Below are positions 12,240 through 25,254 of a stretch of DNA of 64,000 bases, one piece after another. The stretch's first letter is position 1, and each line of letters opens with the position of its first letter. This stretch comes from Eledone cirrhosa (taxonomy: Eukaryota): positions 45,136,001 through 45,200,000 of the forward strand of contig OZ024743.1 of NCBI GenBank assembly GCA_964016885.1, read 5' to 3'. Below the pieces are notes generated by a model that ran no database searches, had not been told where the DNA came from, and was given only the letters and a program-made list of their open reading frames with translations. The position numbers were made by a program, and so were the translations under genes.

Positions 12240-13365
12240 TCAGCTTATCAGCAAAACAACATGCATGGATATCTTGCCAGGAAGCTCCAGAGTGAGAGTA
12301 ATATAGATAAGGAAAGTAGTCTATCTTGGACCAACAACCGCTATATTGGCTCCCACTTTGAAGGATACGCTTTTGCAATCCAGGAACAGGAGATTAACAC
12401 GAAATACCTGATTCACAAAAGAGATAGGGATGCAGGTAAACCACCTAGATGTGATTACAAGTGCAGACTCTACAGAACTAGCATCGAGGATATCACCCAT
12501 GTCATCAGCAGCTGTCCAAAGATGTCATCGCGGTACTATCTACCTATGAGGCATGATGTAGTGGCTAAAACACTGTACAATGCAGTTCGTAAAAAAGATA
12601 GCCCCGATAATAAACACATTAAAAGCTACAACAATGTGGAAGACATCCATGTACATAATATGAAAGAGTACTGGTAGAATGTTCCAGTAAAAACCCCAAT
12701 AAAATGCAGGCATAATATACCAGATATTATGATATGGGACAGAGAGGAGAAAACATGCACAGTAGTGGAAATTAGCTGCCCAGCAGATGCCAATATAATA
12801 TCAAAGATTAGTGAAAAGGAGAATATTTATGCAGAACTAATGAGAAATCTGCAGATACTCCACCCTGATTACACCTTCATATTTATACCTGTGATTATTG
12901 GGGCACTGGGATATGTTAGTAACTGCCTCAATACAAATCTTGAGAAGCTAGGCTTCAAAGGAACAGAAAGAACATAACTAGTTAGGAAATTACAAGTACA
13001 ATCCATTAATGGAACAGTAAATATATGTAAAACATTCCAAAAATGTTGCATATAATAACTGCATATACACATGTACAGATAAAAAGCATATACACATGCA
13101 CACATACAACTCAAAACATCCACATCCACACACTCAATAACCTCTATACCTGCACGCACATGCATACATATCTTACATATCTACCTAGTAAATTCCAATG
13201 AGTCTTGTATCTATGTTAGAAACCGACTCTCTCTATCGGTAAAAACCTGTGAAATTATTAAAACCAGAAGAATATACATACATACATACATACATACATA
13301 CATACATACATACATACATACATACATACATACATACATACATACATACATACATACATACATAC
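12240..13365 (+). mobile_element. 3' fragment of the R4/Dong-like LINE with (TACA)n tail
   Basis: Highly similar to 16790-17885. CCHC knuckle, RHD, PD..VEISCP and K..Y restriction-like endonuclease (RLE) motifs; in-frame stop at 12675-12677. Confidence 0.9.
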
Positions 13366-13431
13366 ATGATGATAGCTGCCCCCTGGTTATCGGTTATGGC
13401 CATTGCACGATATAATATTATTAATAATCAT

Positions 13432-13550
13432 TAATAATTGTTTCTTCTTTTGGCACAGGGCCAGCAATTACTCAGTGCATTACTGGTACTTTATTTTATC
13501 GACCCCGTAAGGATGAAGGGCAAAGTTAACCTTGGAGGGATTTGAACTCA
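13432..13550 (-). mobile_element. SINE fragment inserted in the RTE-like element
   Basis: Family core match interrupting homology to 11001-11570. Confidence 0.75.
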
Positions 13551-14329
13551 TAATGTTATCATGCAATGCCTGTGCGTGAAGGTTTTTTTAAAGTGAGGAA
13601 AGACTGTGCACTGAGCCAATCCCACTCTCTGAGTGAAAGTAGCTATAACTCGAAAAGAAGAAAAGATCAACATCATCAGTAACTACTGTGCCGCAGGTTC
13701 TATGTCGAAGTTATCCCAGTTTCCTGAGTTGCCTTCTCCTAGAAGAATGCCGTGACAAAGGCTAGGGGTCCTTCATTCCCAGTAGTTTAACCGCGTGATC
13801 GGGTATCCAGACCAACTATTTCTATGTCCCCGCGCATATACATACACATACATATGTACATGTGTATATACATATTTACACATTTTTGGATGGCCGTTGA
13901 CTCTTATAAGTTCTTCCGCCGTTTGTCAGGGTTTTTTTTTGTCCTACAGGGTGTCCAAAATCACCCTCCTCACCTTAATTTTGTTGTTGGTGTTGTGTTC
14001 AGCCATGCTGTTTGTAGCAAATCCGTGTACAATGAATTATGTATATAGTCGGATATCTCTACGAATTCGAATAAAATGTGTCTTCAGGAGATATAGTTAA
14101 AAGAATAACCAGTTATTCAACATGATTGTAGTTAATAAATAGTCTCCCACGCCAAAATATGCGACTGATCGCGTTGACTGCATATGTATGTATGTATGTA
14201 AGTCGGGTCAGACTTGAGTGCTACTGGTAACATGTAACCCAGTACAACCTGTCGCATGGTCGGGTCGGCGGCGACTAAACTTACCAGTAGCACTCAAGAG
14301 TGACCTGACATACATACATACATACATAT

Positions 14330-17300
14330 ACAGTCAACGCGATCAGTCGCATGTTTTGGTGTGGGAGACTATTTATTAAATTTAAGATGAATACTATCTC
14401 CGACAGTAATGCCACAATTACAGTCATGTTGAATAACTGGTTTTTTTTCTAACTATCTCTTCTGAAGACACCTTTTATTCGAATTCGTAGACATATCCGA
14501 CTAAATACATAATTCATTTTACAAGGATTTGCTACAAACAGCATGGCTGAACACAACATCAACAACAAAATTAAGGAAGTACCGAAGACAAATAACAAGG
14601 AGGGTAAACAAACTTTATTCAGTTGTAGCTAGAGAAGAAACCGAAATTATAAATCGCATTTCTCTTGGAGTTGCGAACTTAATAATGATTTATTTAATTG
14701 TTATAAAATGGCAAAAAACAATCCCTCCATTGGCTATATGAACAGAATGAAGCTACACTGGGACGAAATACACCCAGAGCTAAATTATTTCACACCGAAA
14801 CAATTACGCCAACAAGCGACGTTTGTTGAACGTAAAAATAAGATAAATATTATTAATTATAAGTCCCCCACAACAAACATGGGATCAACAAGACGTGCTA
14901 CAGGTCGTCATGCTACTAGACTTCCTAACAGCCAGGTCGAACAGTGCCTTGAAACAACTATGCCTGTAAGAAACTTGACACCACCTGTACCATCTAAGTC
15001 TACCTCGAATGCTGAGGAAAACACTATCGATAATAATAATAATCGAAGAAATAATAATAATAATGGAAGAAATTTTACACCACGTGTACCATCCGAGTCT
15101 ACCTCGGCTGTTGTGAAAAATACTATCGATAATGATAATAATCAAAAGTATAAACAATAAAATTTTCCCTCAATGAAATCTTCCAGAGAGAAATTAATTC
15201 ATGTATAAATATCTCTCTTGCTGAACGTATTAAAACAATGTTTAATAAAAAAAAAAAACAAATAATGAAATATTACGTGTTATTGACGAAATAGGGGATG
15301 GATATTTACGACGGATAAAAACCCCAACATTTTGGCAAATCAACGCCTGTTTATATGCCTTAGCAACGACTGTGAAGCTTTATCTTGATGATAGCAGAGA
15401 TATTAACAAGAACAGAACACCACCAACAATACCATCATATATAATTATAATAGAAAAAAGATTGCTGACCTACGAAAAACCATAGGATGTGTGACAATGC
15501 TTCTTACATGCAAACAAACACAAACAAGCCTCACTCCTCACCAAATAAAATAGAGACAATGTTTGGTAACAGTAGAACCAGAACTCTCCAATATAAGCTG
15601 ATCACCCTCAAACAAGAATTGAGAGCTGTTAGCGAAAGACGCCGATACCTGAAGAAGGTAGATGAGAGAAAGGTGCTTAATAAAAGATTCAGACGAAACC
15701 AAACATCAGTCTATAGAGATATGAAGGGCAAAATAATAAGTGTCACTAAGGCCCCATCCCAGAAAGACATAGATTCCTTTTGGCGCAAAATATGGGGTGA
15801 AAAGAAGAATTTCAACCAAGATGCAGTGTGGCTAAGAGAAATCCGAAAGAACTATTGCTCCTACACACGAAATAAGTGAGGGCACCCTTGAGACTGTGAT
15901 AGGAATATTTCAGGGGGACAGTCTCTCTGTGATATTATTCATCTTGTCATCAAACCCCTTGTCCTTTCTGCTCAAGAAATGTGAGGGATACATCATTGGC
16001 TCACAGGAGGACAGAAATACGAACCTAACCCATAATTTCTTTGTGGACGATCTGAAACTCTATGCCAATAACATTGACGGGATGAAGAAAAATCTTGACC
16101 TGGTTACAACGTTCTCAAAGGATATAGGAATGGAGTTTGGCCAAGATAAATGCTCATACATGACTGTAAAGCGGGGAAGAACAACCCAATCTAGCAACAT
16201 TATCATCAATGGCCTAACTGTTCACCGATATCTGATGAGGACTGCTACAGATACCTGGGGATAGATGAGAACATATCCTATAATGGTATCTGTAATAAAG
16301 AACGCGTAACCAGGGAATACAACACCCGATTAAGAATGATCTGGTCATCGGAACTCTCTGCGCAAAACAAAACAGTGGCTCACAATGTGTTTGCTGTGCC
16401 TGTCCTAACACCAACGTTTGGAATACTCAATTGGATGATAGACGAAATCCGAGTAGTTGATGTTGGAACTCGAAAAATACTAAACAACACCGGAAACTTC
16501 CATATTAACAGTAACAAGCCTTTACTTGAAACGTAAGCAGGGAGACAGAGGCCTAACAGCAGTCCAGACAACATTTGAATGGCGCATTATATCTCTCCGA
16601 CAAAATCTACGAACCTCGAAGCGTAGGAGCCCGTTTCTCGAACAAGTCTATCTGCATGAAACAGATAAGATCATGAGAGTTGGGAAGGAACTCCTCGAGA
16701 TATATCCCCTGTGTGATAATCAAAACCTCACACCCAGGGAAGTCGCTCAGCAGTATCGCAGTGAATCCATGGATGAAAAACTGCATACTTATCAGCAAAA
16801 TATCATGCATGGATATGTTGCCAGGAAGCTCCAGAGTGAGAGTAATATAGATAAGGAAAGTAGTCTACCTTGGACCAACAATCCCTATATTGGCTCCTAC
16901 TTTGAAGGATACGCTTTTCCAATGCAAGAACAGGAGATTAACACGAAATACCTGATTCACAAAAGAGATAGGGATGCAGGTAAACCACCTAGATGTGATT
17001 ACAAGTGCAGACTCTACAGAACTAGCATCGAGGATATCACCCATGTCATCAGCAGCTGTCCAAAGATGTCATCGCGGTACTATCTACCTATGAGGCATGA
17101 TGTAATGGCCAAAACAATGCACAATGCAGTTCGTAAAAAAGATAGCCCCGGTAATAAACACATTCAAAGCTACAGCAATGTGGAAGACATCCATGTACAT
17201 AATATGAAAGAGTACTGGTGGAATGTTCCGGTAAAAACCCCAATAAAATGCAGGCATAACAGACGAGATATTATGATATGCGACAGGGAGAAGAAAGAAT

Positions 17301-17885
17301 GCACAGTAGTGGAAATTAGCTGCCCAGCAGATGCCAATATAATTTCAAAGATTAGTGAAAAGGAGAATATTTATGCAGAACTGATGAGAAATCTGCAGAT
17401 ACGCCACCCTGATTACACCTTCAGATTTATGCCTGTGATTATTGGGGCACTGGGGTATGTTAGTAACTGCCTCAATACAAAGCTTGAGAAGCAAGGCTTC
17501 ATAGGAACAGAAAGAAAACAACTAGTTAGGAAATTACAAGTACAATCCATTAATGGAACAGTAAAAATATGTAAAACATTCCAAAAATTCTGCATCTAAT
17601 AACTGCATATACACAGGTACAGATGAAAATCATATACACATGCACACATACAACTCAAAACATACCCATCCACACATACAATAACATCCATATCTACACA
17701 TGCATGCATACATACATATCTACCTAGTTGATGTTGTGTAAAATCCAATGAGAGAGTATTGTGTCTATGTTAGAAACCGACTCTCTCTATTGGTAAAACT
17801 TTGTGAAATTATAAAACCAGAGGAACATACATACATACATACATACATACATACATACATACATACATACATACATACATACATA
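14330..17885 (+). mobile_element. R4/Dong-clade non-LTR retrotransposon (RT + CCHC + RLE), fragmented and internally deleted
   Basis: ORF pieces 14708-15160, 15487-15879, 15896-16264 (GIFQGDSLS, FVDDLKLY), 16336-16536 and 16526-17599. The N-terminal RT motifs are missing near 15880. Flanked by (TACA)n on both sides. Confidence 0.85.
16526..17599 (+). CDS. C-terminal part of the LINE ORF: zinc knuckle and restriction-like endonuclease
   Basis: QEQEINTK, CRLY..EDITHVISSC, RHD, NRRDIM (PD mutated), VVEISCP, KENIY, PVIIGALG. Confidence 0.85.
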   Translation: MKRKQGDRGLTAVQTTFEWRIISLRQNLRTSKRRSPFLEQVYLHETDKIMRVGKELLEIYPLCDNQNLTPREVAQQYRSESMDEKLHTYQQNIMHGYVARKLQSESNIDKESSLPWTNNPYIGSYFEGYAFPMQEQEINTKYLIHKRDRDAGKPPRCDYKCRLYRTSIEDITHVISSCPKMSSRYYLPMRHDVMAKTMHNAVRKKDSPGNKHIQSYSNVEDIHVHNMKEYWWNVPVKTPIKCRHNRRDIMICDREKKECTVVEISCPADANIISKISEKENIYAELMRNLQIRHPDYTFRFMPVIIGALGYVSNCLNTKLEKQGFIGTERKQLVRKLQVQSINGTVKICKTFQKFCI

Positions 17886-17889
17886 CCTA

Positions 17890-18460
17890 CATGGTGGCTG
17901 CCAACTCGTTTTCGAGTAAGGCCACTACTTTAGATCCATGTAGGAGAACCCCTACCGATGCGCTGAACGAGTGTGACTTAATCCAGCCAGCGACTTGAAA
18001 ACTCTGGTACAAACACTACACTTGTGACAATTATTGTCATATAGTGCTGAGCCCATGCAGAGAGATCTCCAGATATAAAGCAATCTCTATAGTGAGCAAA
18101 GGCACTGCACAAAGCCAGTCCCACTCTCTTGACCAAGATGATATTTACCAAAAAGAAGAACAAGTCAACATCATTGGATACCATCAGGGCTGCAGGTGTT
18201 ATATCAGAGTTTTCCTTCTCCTAGAATTCTGCCTTGACAAAGGCTAAGGGGTCATCTCTCCCGGTGATTTTGGATGGCCATTGACTCTTAAGAGCTCCTT
18301 TGTCCTTTGACAGGTTTTGTTTTTAGTCATGCAGGGTGTCCAAAGTCACCCTCCTCACCAAGAAACCTTGGTGGGTTTCCAGTTTAGTCGCCAACGACCC
18401 GACCATGAGACAGGTTGTACTGGGATACATGTTACCAGTAGCACCAACTGGTGACCTGAC
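17890..18460 (-). mobile_element. Diverged copy of the (TATG)n-associated RTE-like element
   Basis: Reverse-complement similarity to 11001-11570; shared end ggcagccaccat. Confidence 0.6.
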
Positions 18461-18559
18461 ATAATATACATACATACATACACACATACATACATACATA
18501 CATACATACATACATACATACATACATACATACATACATACATACATACATACATACGT

Positions 18560-18885
18560 GTGAGTGAAAGCATGTGGTTTGGTGGTTAGGGTATTTAGCT
18601 CACGGTCGTAATAACGGGAATTTAGGTCCCGGCGTCACGTTGTGACTTTGAGCGATACACTTTATTTCTCACTGCTCTAGTGCACCTTGCTGGCAGAAAT
18701 TTGTTCTACCTGTAATTCAAAGAACCTGTCTAACTACACACTGCCACACGCTGAAATCTCCCTGAGAAATCTATTAAGAGTACATGTGTCTGTGAAATGT
18801 TCAGCACATTAATTTTACGAGCATGCAGTTCCGTTGATCGAATCTAATGGAACATTCCTCAACGTCATCGATGGAGACTCGGCAA
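18560..18885 (+). mobile_element. Second SINE family, old copy; related pieces at 22845-22980 and 29140-29405
   Basis: tRNA-like head tggtttggtggttagggt; shared motifs gtgtctgtggaa and ttaatttcacga..gttccgttgatcgaa. Confidence 0.55.
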
Positions 18886-19024
18886 TATCTATCCTTATAC
18901 ATATATACATATAATTGTATTTAAATGATGGGTTAATCATCGAACAGCTAGTGTATCAATATACACTGAATGGAGATGAATTAATATGGTTACCTGGTGA
19001 ACTAATGGTGAAATTGACATTCAT

Positions 19025-19380
19025 TCTTCTTCTTCTTCTTCTTCTTCTTCTTCTTCTTCTTCTTCTTCTTCTTCTTCTTCTTCTTCTTCTTCTTCTTCTT
19101 CTTCTTCTTCTTCTTCTTCTTCATCTTCTTCACCCACTTATTCCCGAGAGGGTCATGAGGGCAGATTCCTCAAACACTCTCTCAGCTGTCTCTAACTGAT
19201 CTGGTCGGATCCCCAAGCAGGACCAGACAAGTTCAGGGTTGTTATCCAACCATCTCAGAGTCTACCTCTGGGCCTCCCATCTGTTGGTTTCGCCCGTAAA
19301 GTCTGTCCAGCGATTCTTTCCTGAGACATTCTAACCACATGCGCATAGTATCGGAGCTGTGATCTCTCAACTCTGAGAAT
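19025..19380 (-). mobile_element. 3' end of an RTE-type LINE with (AAG)n tail
   Basis: Minus strand encodes GRPRGR, typical of the RTE C-terminus, followed by a long (GAA)n. Confidence 0.55.
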
Positions 19381-19440
19381 TGATAATTAATCAATCATTT
19401 GAATATGTTTTGAGACTCTATATTTTTTGTATTGCATTAA

Positions 19441-19625
19441 GGGCGGTGATTTGGCAGAATCGGTAGAGCGTCAGACACTTTGCTTTGCAGCATAGTTACG
19501 GCCCTTTGCGTTCTGAGTTCAAATCCGCCGAGGTTAACTTTGCCTTTTATCCTTATGAGGTCGATAAAATAAAGTACCAGTGATGCACTGGAGTAATAGC
19601 TGGCGGTGTGCCAAAAGTAGAAACT
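19441..19625 (+). mobile_element. Full-length SINE
   Basis: Family match; ctatattttttgtattg occurs on both sides (TSD-like). Confidence 0.85.
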
Positions 19626-19947
19626 ATATTTTTTGTATTGAGTTCTCTATTGTCTAAAATGATTTACCACATGCAGCAACGCCTGTATTTTGGAAGTAAA
19701 ATTTGCTTGTGTATACTTTGGATAGTAGAAGCCGCTAGAGGACATATAGATACGTGGTTTATTGTTAGCTATATGTGATATCTTCAACATAGAAATAGGA
19801 GTATTGTTAATGATATACATATTTGAAATGTACGTTGCTGCTGTTGTTGATATTGTTGCTTAATACTAGCTCGGAGCTGATGAAGTAGATTTATGGTCAA
19901 AAGCTATTCTATCCACAGTAATCACGTATTTTTCGGTGTATTAACAA

Positions 19948-20110
19948 TATCAGTAGAGGGTCGGACGCCATGCTTTGCAGCATAGAGTTACGATTCTTTA
20001 CGCTCTGAGTTCAAATCTTGCCGCGGTTAACTTTCATCCTTACGGGGTCGATAAAATAAAGTACCAATAATGCACTGGTTAATTGCTGGCCTTGTGCCAA
20101 AAGTAGAAAG
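19948..20110 (+). mobile_element. SINE
   Basis: Family match. Confidence 0.85.
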
Positions 20111-20688
20111 TTATAATGTGATCCACTAAAATGCTGCTAGTCATTTGTTAGTCTCCAGAATTACTGTACCAGATGCCATGATGTATGGCGTCAAGCGTAA
20201 TATTAAATTAATTTAGTCACAATAATGATAATCCAAATAAAAATATAATATAGAAAACTGAAGAAAACAGCAACACTTCCAACCAAATCTATAACTTTCT
20301 ATGTATTGTTATATGGTTCATCTAGTGAGTGTTATTAAGTTACTTTTTTATCGTTTTAAAGGAGGTTTTAACTTTAAGAAAAATAGATATCAAGATTAAA
20401 ATATTTTTCAAGTGTAGATAAAGCGATAGTGAACATATAATCAAGCTTTTCATTTTCCACGGAGAATCCTGTTCGTCACACGAATGTAAGTAACAAAACT
20501 ATTTAGTAATGTGTATTCTAATGATATAGTTAAGTGCAGATTATACATACACTTTTAAGAGATTTAAGATAAATTTAATGTAGTTAGATATAACTACAGT
20601 TTTTTTTAATATTGGAATCTTTACTATGAAAAGTGTGAAGTGTAAACGAAATTTCTACTATTTTACAGAGAATACATAAGAATAAGAG

Positions 20689-20736
20689 ATTATGTTTACA
20701 CGTTTCAAAGATTAGTGTCTCTTCATCAAAGATAAT
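20689..20736 (-). ncRNA. Old, degenerate hammerhead-like motif
   Basis: Minus strand: attatct TTGATGA AGAGA-cactaa-TCTTT GAAA CGTG TA aacataat. C3U change and an imperfect stem I. Confidence 0.4.
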
Positions 20737-22671
20737 TCTTCAATACGCATTGTTCCGCATAAATATTGATTATTTAATTACTATAACTCTTGCTGCGAAT
20801 TTGCAGAATCTTTAGAGCGATACACACACACACGCATATGTGTGTGGGGGGCGGGGGGATGGGGTATGTGTGTGTGGGGGGGGGGGTGCAAGTATGTGTG
20901 TATGTATATGTTTATATTTGTGAATATGTCTATAACCTAGCGTTTCCACCAAAAAGGGATCGATAAAATTAGTATTAGACTTGATAAATTAAGGTGGAGC
21001 CCTGGCATGACTGATGTCAATAGAATAATTACAAATATAATAGAATCCCAACTACTTTGATCTTTTTACATTCAAGATACCTAAATACAGAGTCTACTCT
21101 TCATACTAATTTACTAATTAAAAGAAAATAGATGATAGATATAAATAAATAAATATATATATATATAAATAAAAATGCCCGCATATACATTTATATATAT
21201 ATAAAAGCTTTATTTACAATAGTTTATAACTTTGCCTATCAATCCGTATGGTGAGCAAATGGGGTCCCACGTGCTGGCCTCCGCACAGCCCCGGCAGACA
21301 GGATGGAGAAGGCGTTTCCCCGGAGGATGGTAATGGAGATTGACATCTACATTAGACAAAAGGCTAAACATTTTGAGAAGGTGGGATAATTCCATTACAT
21401 CGACCTTAGTACTTTACTGCTAACTTATTTTAGCGTGTCTGGAAGAATAAAATGCAAAATTGGTCTAGACGGGGTTTGAAATCAGAACGTAAAGAACAGT
21501 AATTAGAAGCCACAAAGCAGGATTTTCGCAATCAACCGCCCATATATACATACAGGTAAATGTCGGTTTCATTTTTCCTCCTATTTCTTGCAAAAGAATT
21601 GGATTTTACCATTTATTTACTATAACGTTGAATTTAGTTATTCACAAACAGAGATAAACATTTTTGAATCAAGGTATTATCTTGATCATATTACCTTACG
21701 AAGTAGAAACATCACTGCATGCTCATGAAATTAACAAGTAAATGATTGAGTATTCTACAATCTTGTGTATGCTTAACGTAGTTCTTAGAAACATTTTGTG
21801 ACGAGGCTAAGCCATTGAATTACAGGTGCAATCCATCCGAGAGATTTCTCAACAATTTCAAGTACAGTCCATCTTACGAGCTTTTTAACGGTTTCTGTCT
21901 ACCCAATTTCATTCACAAGACTTGGATAGAATCGAAGTTATGATAATATGCCAGGCAAAAAGATGAAACTAGAAATTATAAGTTTGTTAAGCCAACTTTT
22001 AGATGATTCAGCTATGCTGCGTCCAGATTTTCTAATATATTTCACATCTGTATCATTTTCTAAACTTTCACAATTACGTACAATAAGTACGTTATCATGT
22101 ACATCAGCGAACTAATTAACAATATGTAACAGAATAACGCGCAGATTTCTTTTGTAACTCTCATATATGTTGTTATTGAATGTATCTCTCGGAGATTCGG
22201 AGAATGGTGGATACATAATATATACGAAATAATCACCATTCTTATAATTAAGTTTATTTACAATCAGTTAATTAATAACTATCATGATAATTAGAAATAT
22301 ATATCATACTAACCGAATATAATTTCAATACTTACAAACGTTTAGATCCCATATTCACACAGCGTAATTCAATTCCATACCCCATTACTGAACATATTAT
22401 CAAAATGAATGTAACAATGAAGAATTAGATCGAATATTAAGTTGAAAAGGAAATATGCTATGTAGCGAAAGCATTTAGCAAATTTAATATTTGATATATT
22501 GGTTAAGATATTATATAAATGGCAGTATAGTTTATATGAAGCATTGTGAAATATGCCGATAGAATTGTTTTGGGAAAGACGGTACAATGTAGTATATATA
22601 CAGAATATATATAATTGGTATACAAAAGTCCACTCAGAGGGCAAAAATGAATTGTACCAATACCTCAAGGG

Positions 22672-22837
22672 CAGTGTCGGATTTATCATTGTGCTTAGAT
22701 ATGCTACAGCACGGGACCCCATTGGCCAAGGGAACCATCTTCCTGCCCCAAAGAAATGTTTACCTCCTTCAGGGCCCAAGTAATGGTCCACATAACTTAA
22801 CTAGCACAGGGTCTCATTTGTCCTAAAGCCGGCACTG
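22672..22837. mobile_element. hAT-type MITE
   Basis: Terminal inverted repeats CAGTGTCGGATTTA / TAAAGCCGGCACTG; 8-bp TSD ctcaaggg/ctcaaagg (7 of 8 match); interrupts an older SINE. Confidence 0.7.
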
Positions 22838-23460
22838 CTCAAAGGACCAACCGTGTCACACACTATTTCACGCCGAATATCACTAAGAATTACATTATTG
22901 ATGAACGTGTCTGTGGAACATTCAACCACTTGCACCTTAATTTCATGAGCACACTGTTCCATTAATTGAACAATCAAACATTAAAGCAAAGGAAAGCTCT
23001 GTTAGCTCACATTAGGCTGAGTATTTATAGAAGAACGTTTTGTGTCAATTTCTTACAGGTTGATGTCCTTTCGACGCTATCCATTTTTGCATTGATTCTT
23101 AAGTAAACCTTTGTTCACACTTCTCGCTACAGGTTTTTAATCTTCTAGAAAAACAGAATTACTGAATTACTGACAAGTGGCTAACCTGTTCGCTCAGAAT
23201 CCGATAGATGCAAGGAGTGATTCATGGCAGCATCTCATTATTCCGCTTTTTAGATTCTCCAATGATACTTTACCTGATTTTATCAATTCTTATTTATAGT
23301 GGTGGACAATTACTATTTCTGTCGTTTACTTTGAAACAAACACATTTGAATTCCAAAGTTTTTCCAATGCATCTTAAGTCAAATGTATATATATATATAT
23401 ATATACGTGGAAAAGTAAGAAATAGGAGAACAGACCATTACAGCATGTTTATTTAAAACA

Positions 23461-23500
23461 GCACCTACGTACGTTTCGCCCGGGTGGGCTTCTCAAGGGC
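23461..23500 (-). ncRNA. Minimal hammerhead ribozyme, U3-A8 covariant core
   Basis: Minus strand: GCCC TTGAGAA GCCC-accc-GGGC GAAA CGTACG TA GGtGC. Palindromic stem III, GUA triplet, about 60 nt from (TA)n. Confidence 0.75.
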
Positions 23501-23725
23501 ATAAATAACTAAAAAGTGTTCCTCACATGGCCCGGAAAGTGTTTTTGGAGATAGGTTCACGTCAGAGTTCATTCTTCGCAAAAAAGCGTGTTTTGATTTT
23601 GCAGTAGGTCAAGGGAGTTAACTCTGGCCGGTGTTAGGGCAGTCTTTCACGGACAAATTTTTTTATCCGTTACAAGATGTGGTTACAACCTTACCATTGT
23701 CGATACGCACAGGGTCATGTATACA

Positions 23726-23859
23726 ACGTTTGTTTTCTGCACCTGCTCGCCTGGGTCATTTGAGGCCGGGTCTGGGATGCATGGTTAGTTTCCGGAAACT
23801 AACCATGCATCCCAGACCGGCCTCAAATGACCCAGCGGGCAGGTGCAGTAAACAAACGT
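23726..23859. repeat. GC-rich near-perfect palindrome with arms of about 66 bp and no spacer
   Basis: Centred on tagtttccggaaacta. Confidence 0.95.
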
Positions 23860-24393
23860 CTCAATTTAACTTGAGATCTACATATATATATTTAACAGAA
23901 GGATGTGGTGTGTATCATATATGTTAGATTGTAGCAGTTTTATTAATCACCACTTTAGCAGAGTTATAGAAGTAGTGATGTAATAGTTATAACGCCACGA
24001 GTAACCAGTTCGGTAGAAAGATATGGTAGGAATATTGACAACGACTTTAGCTTGTTTTACATTATTTATTAACAAAGGTTGAGCTGAGTAGAGCATGCAT
24101 GCCAAGAGAAATAAAACATGAATTAAGATTTCAGAAAGGCACGGTCTGCTGGCTGAAGTGTTGCCAGGCCGTGGTTAAATTGTTGTCTTACATATTGGCT
24201 AGTGATTTCACGGCGAAAGAAAAGCAGTTGTTTACCTTTCCGCTGTCGGGCTGCAAGAGAGAGATTTCTCGAATCGACGCGGGGAATTTTCCCTGCAGGC
24301 CACGCAGAGATACATTCTTCTCCGCTGGCGGTCATTGGCTGGGCTGAGTCAAATAACGCACGGAGAATGTATGTGAGCCCGCGGAGTGTAGGT

Positions 24394-24435
<42 letters not shown>

Positions 24436-24547
24436 ATAATAATAAATGTGAAGACTAAAATCCGAAGAGGGCCCGATAAGGATAATATATATATATATCC
24501 CGTTAAGGGTCAAAGCACCGATTCTTTGCTTAAACTTTAATCTGTTA

Positions 24548-24608
<61 letters not shown>

Positions 24609-24615
<7 letters not shown>

Positions 24616-25115
24616 GTAGTTTAGAAAGCCACAACAATGCAGATGGGAAATCTCGAGGTAGAAAGTGAGTGAGAAATAGGAGAAAAGTGAAAATTGAGAG
24701 AAACGAAAATGAAAACAAAACAAAGGTAGAAGGGTTACCCTAGTGGAGATTTAATCCCAATATTTCGGGCTTACGCCCATCAACGGGGGAAAGTTCCAAA
24801 AGGGGGGGGGGGGGAACAGGCTAAGCCGGAGAAAGTTGTTTTTTTTGTTTTTTTTTCCCATAACGGCATTCCCATGTTTTAACGACAATACAACTTTCTC
24901 CGGCTTAGCCTGTTCCCCCCCCTTTTGGAACTTTCCCCCGTTGATGGGCGTAAGCCCAAAATATTGGGATTAAATCTCCACTACGGTAACCCTTCTACCT
25001 TTGTTTTGTTTTCATTTTCGTTTCTCTCAATTTTCACTTTTCTCCTATTTCTCACTCACTTCCTACCTCGAGATTTCCCATCTGCATTGTTGTGGCTTTC
25101 TAAACTACATATTTT
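24609..25115. repeat. (TA)n-flanked inverted-repeat element: arms about 24609-24839 and 24891-25115
   Basis: Arms nearly identical. Each carries an HHR-like motif (minus 24755-24790: TCCC CCGTTGAT GGGC-GTAA-GCCC GAAA TA TT GGGA) with a non-canonical core. Confidence 0.9.
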
Positions 25116-25176
25116 ACACATTTCACAATGCTTCAAGCAAACTTTAACACCCTCTTATATATATATATATATATAT

Positions 25177-25222
<46 letters not shown>

Positions 25223-25254
25223 ACACGGGTGTGCATGATTGTGTATAGAAGATT

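Noticed and set aside
24755-24790. HHR-like motif with core CCGTTGAT
   Set aside because: Three deviations from the catalytic core. Used only as orientation evidence and not called as a ribozyme.
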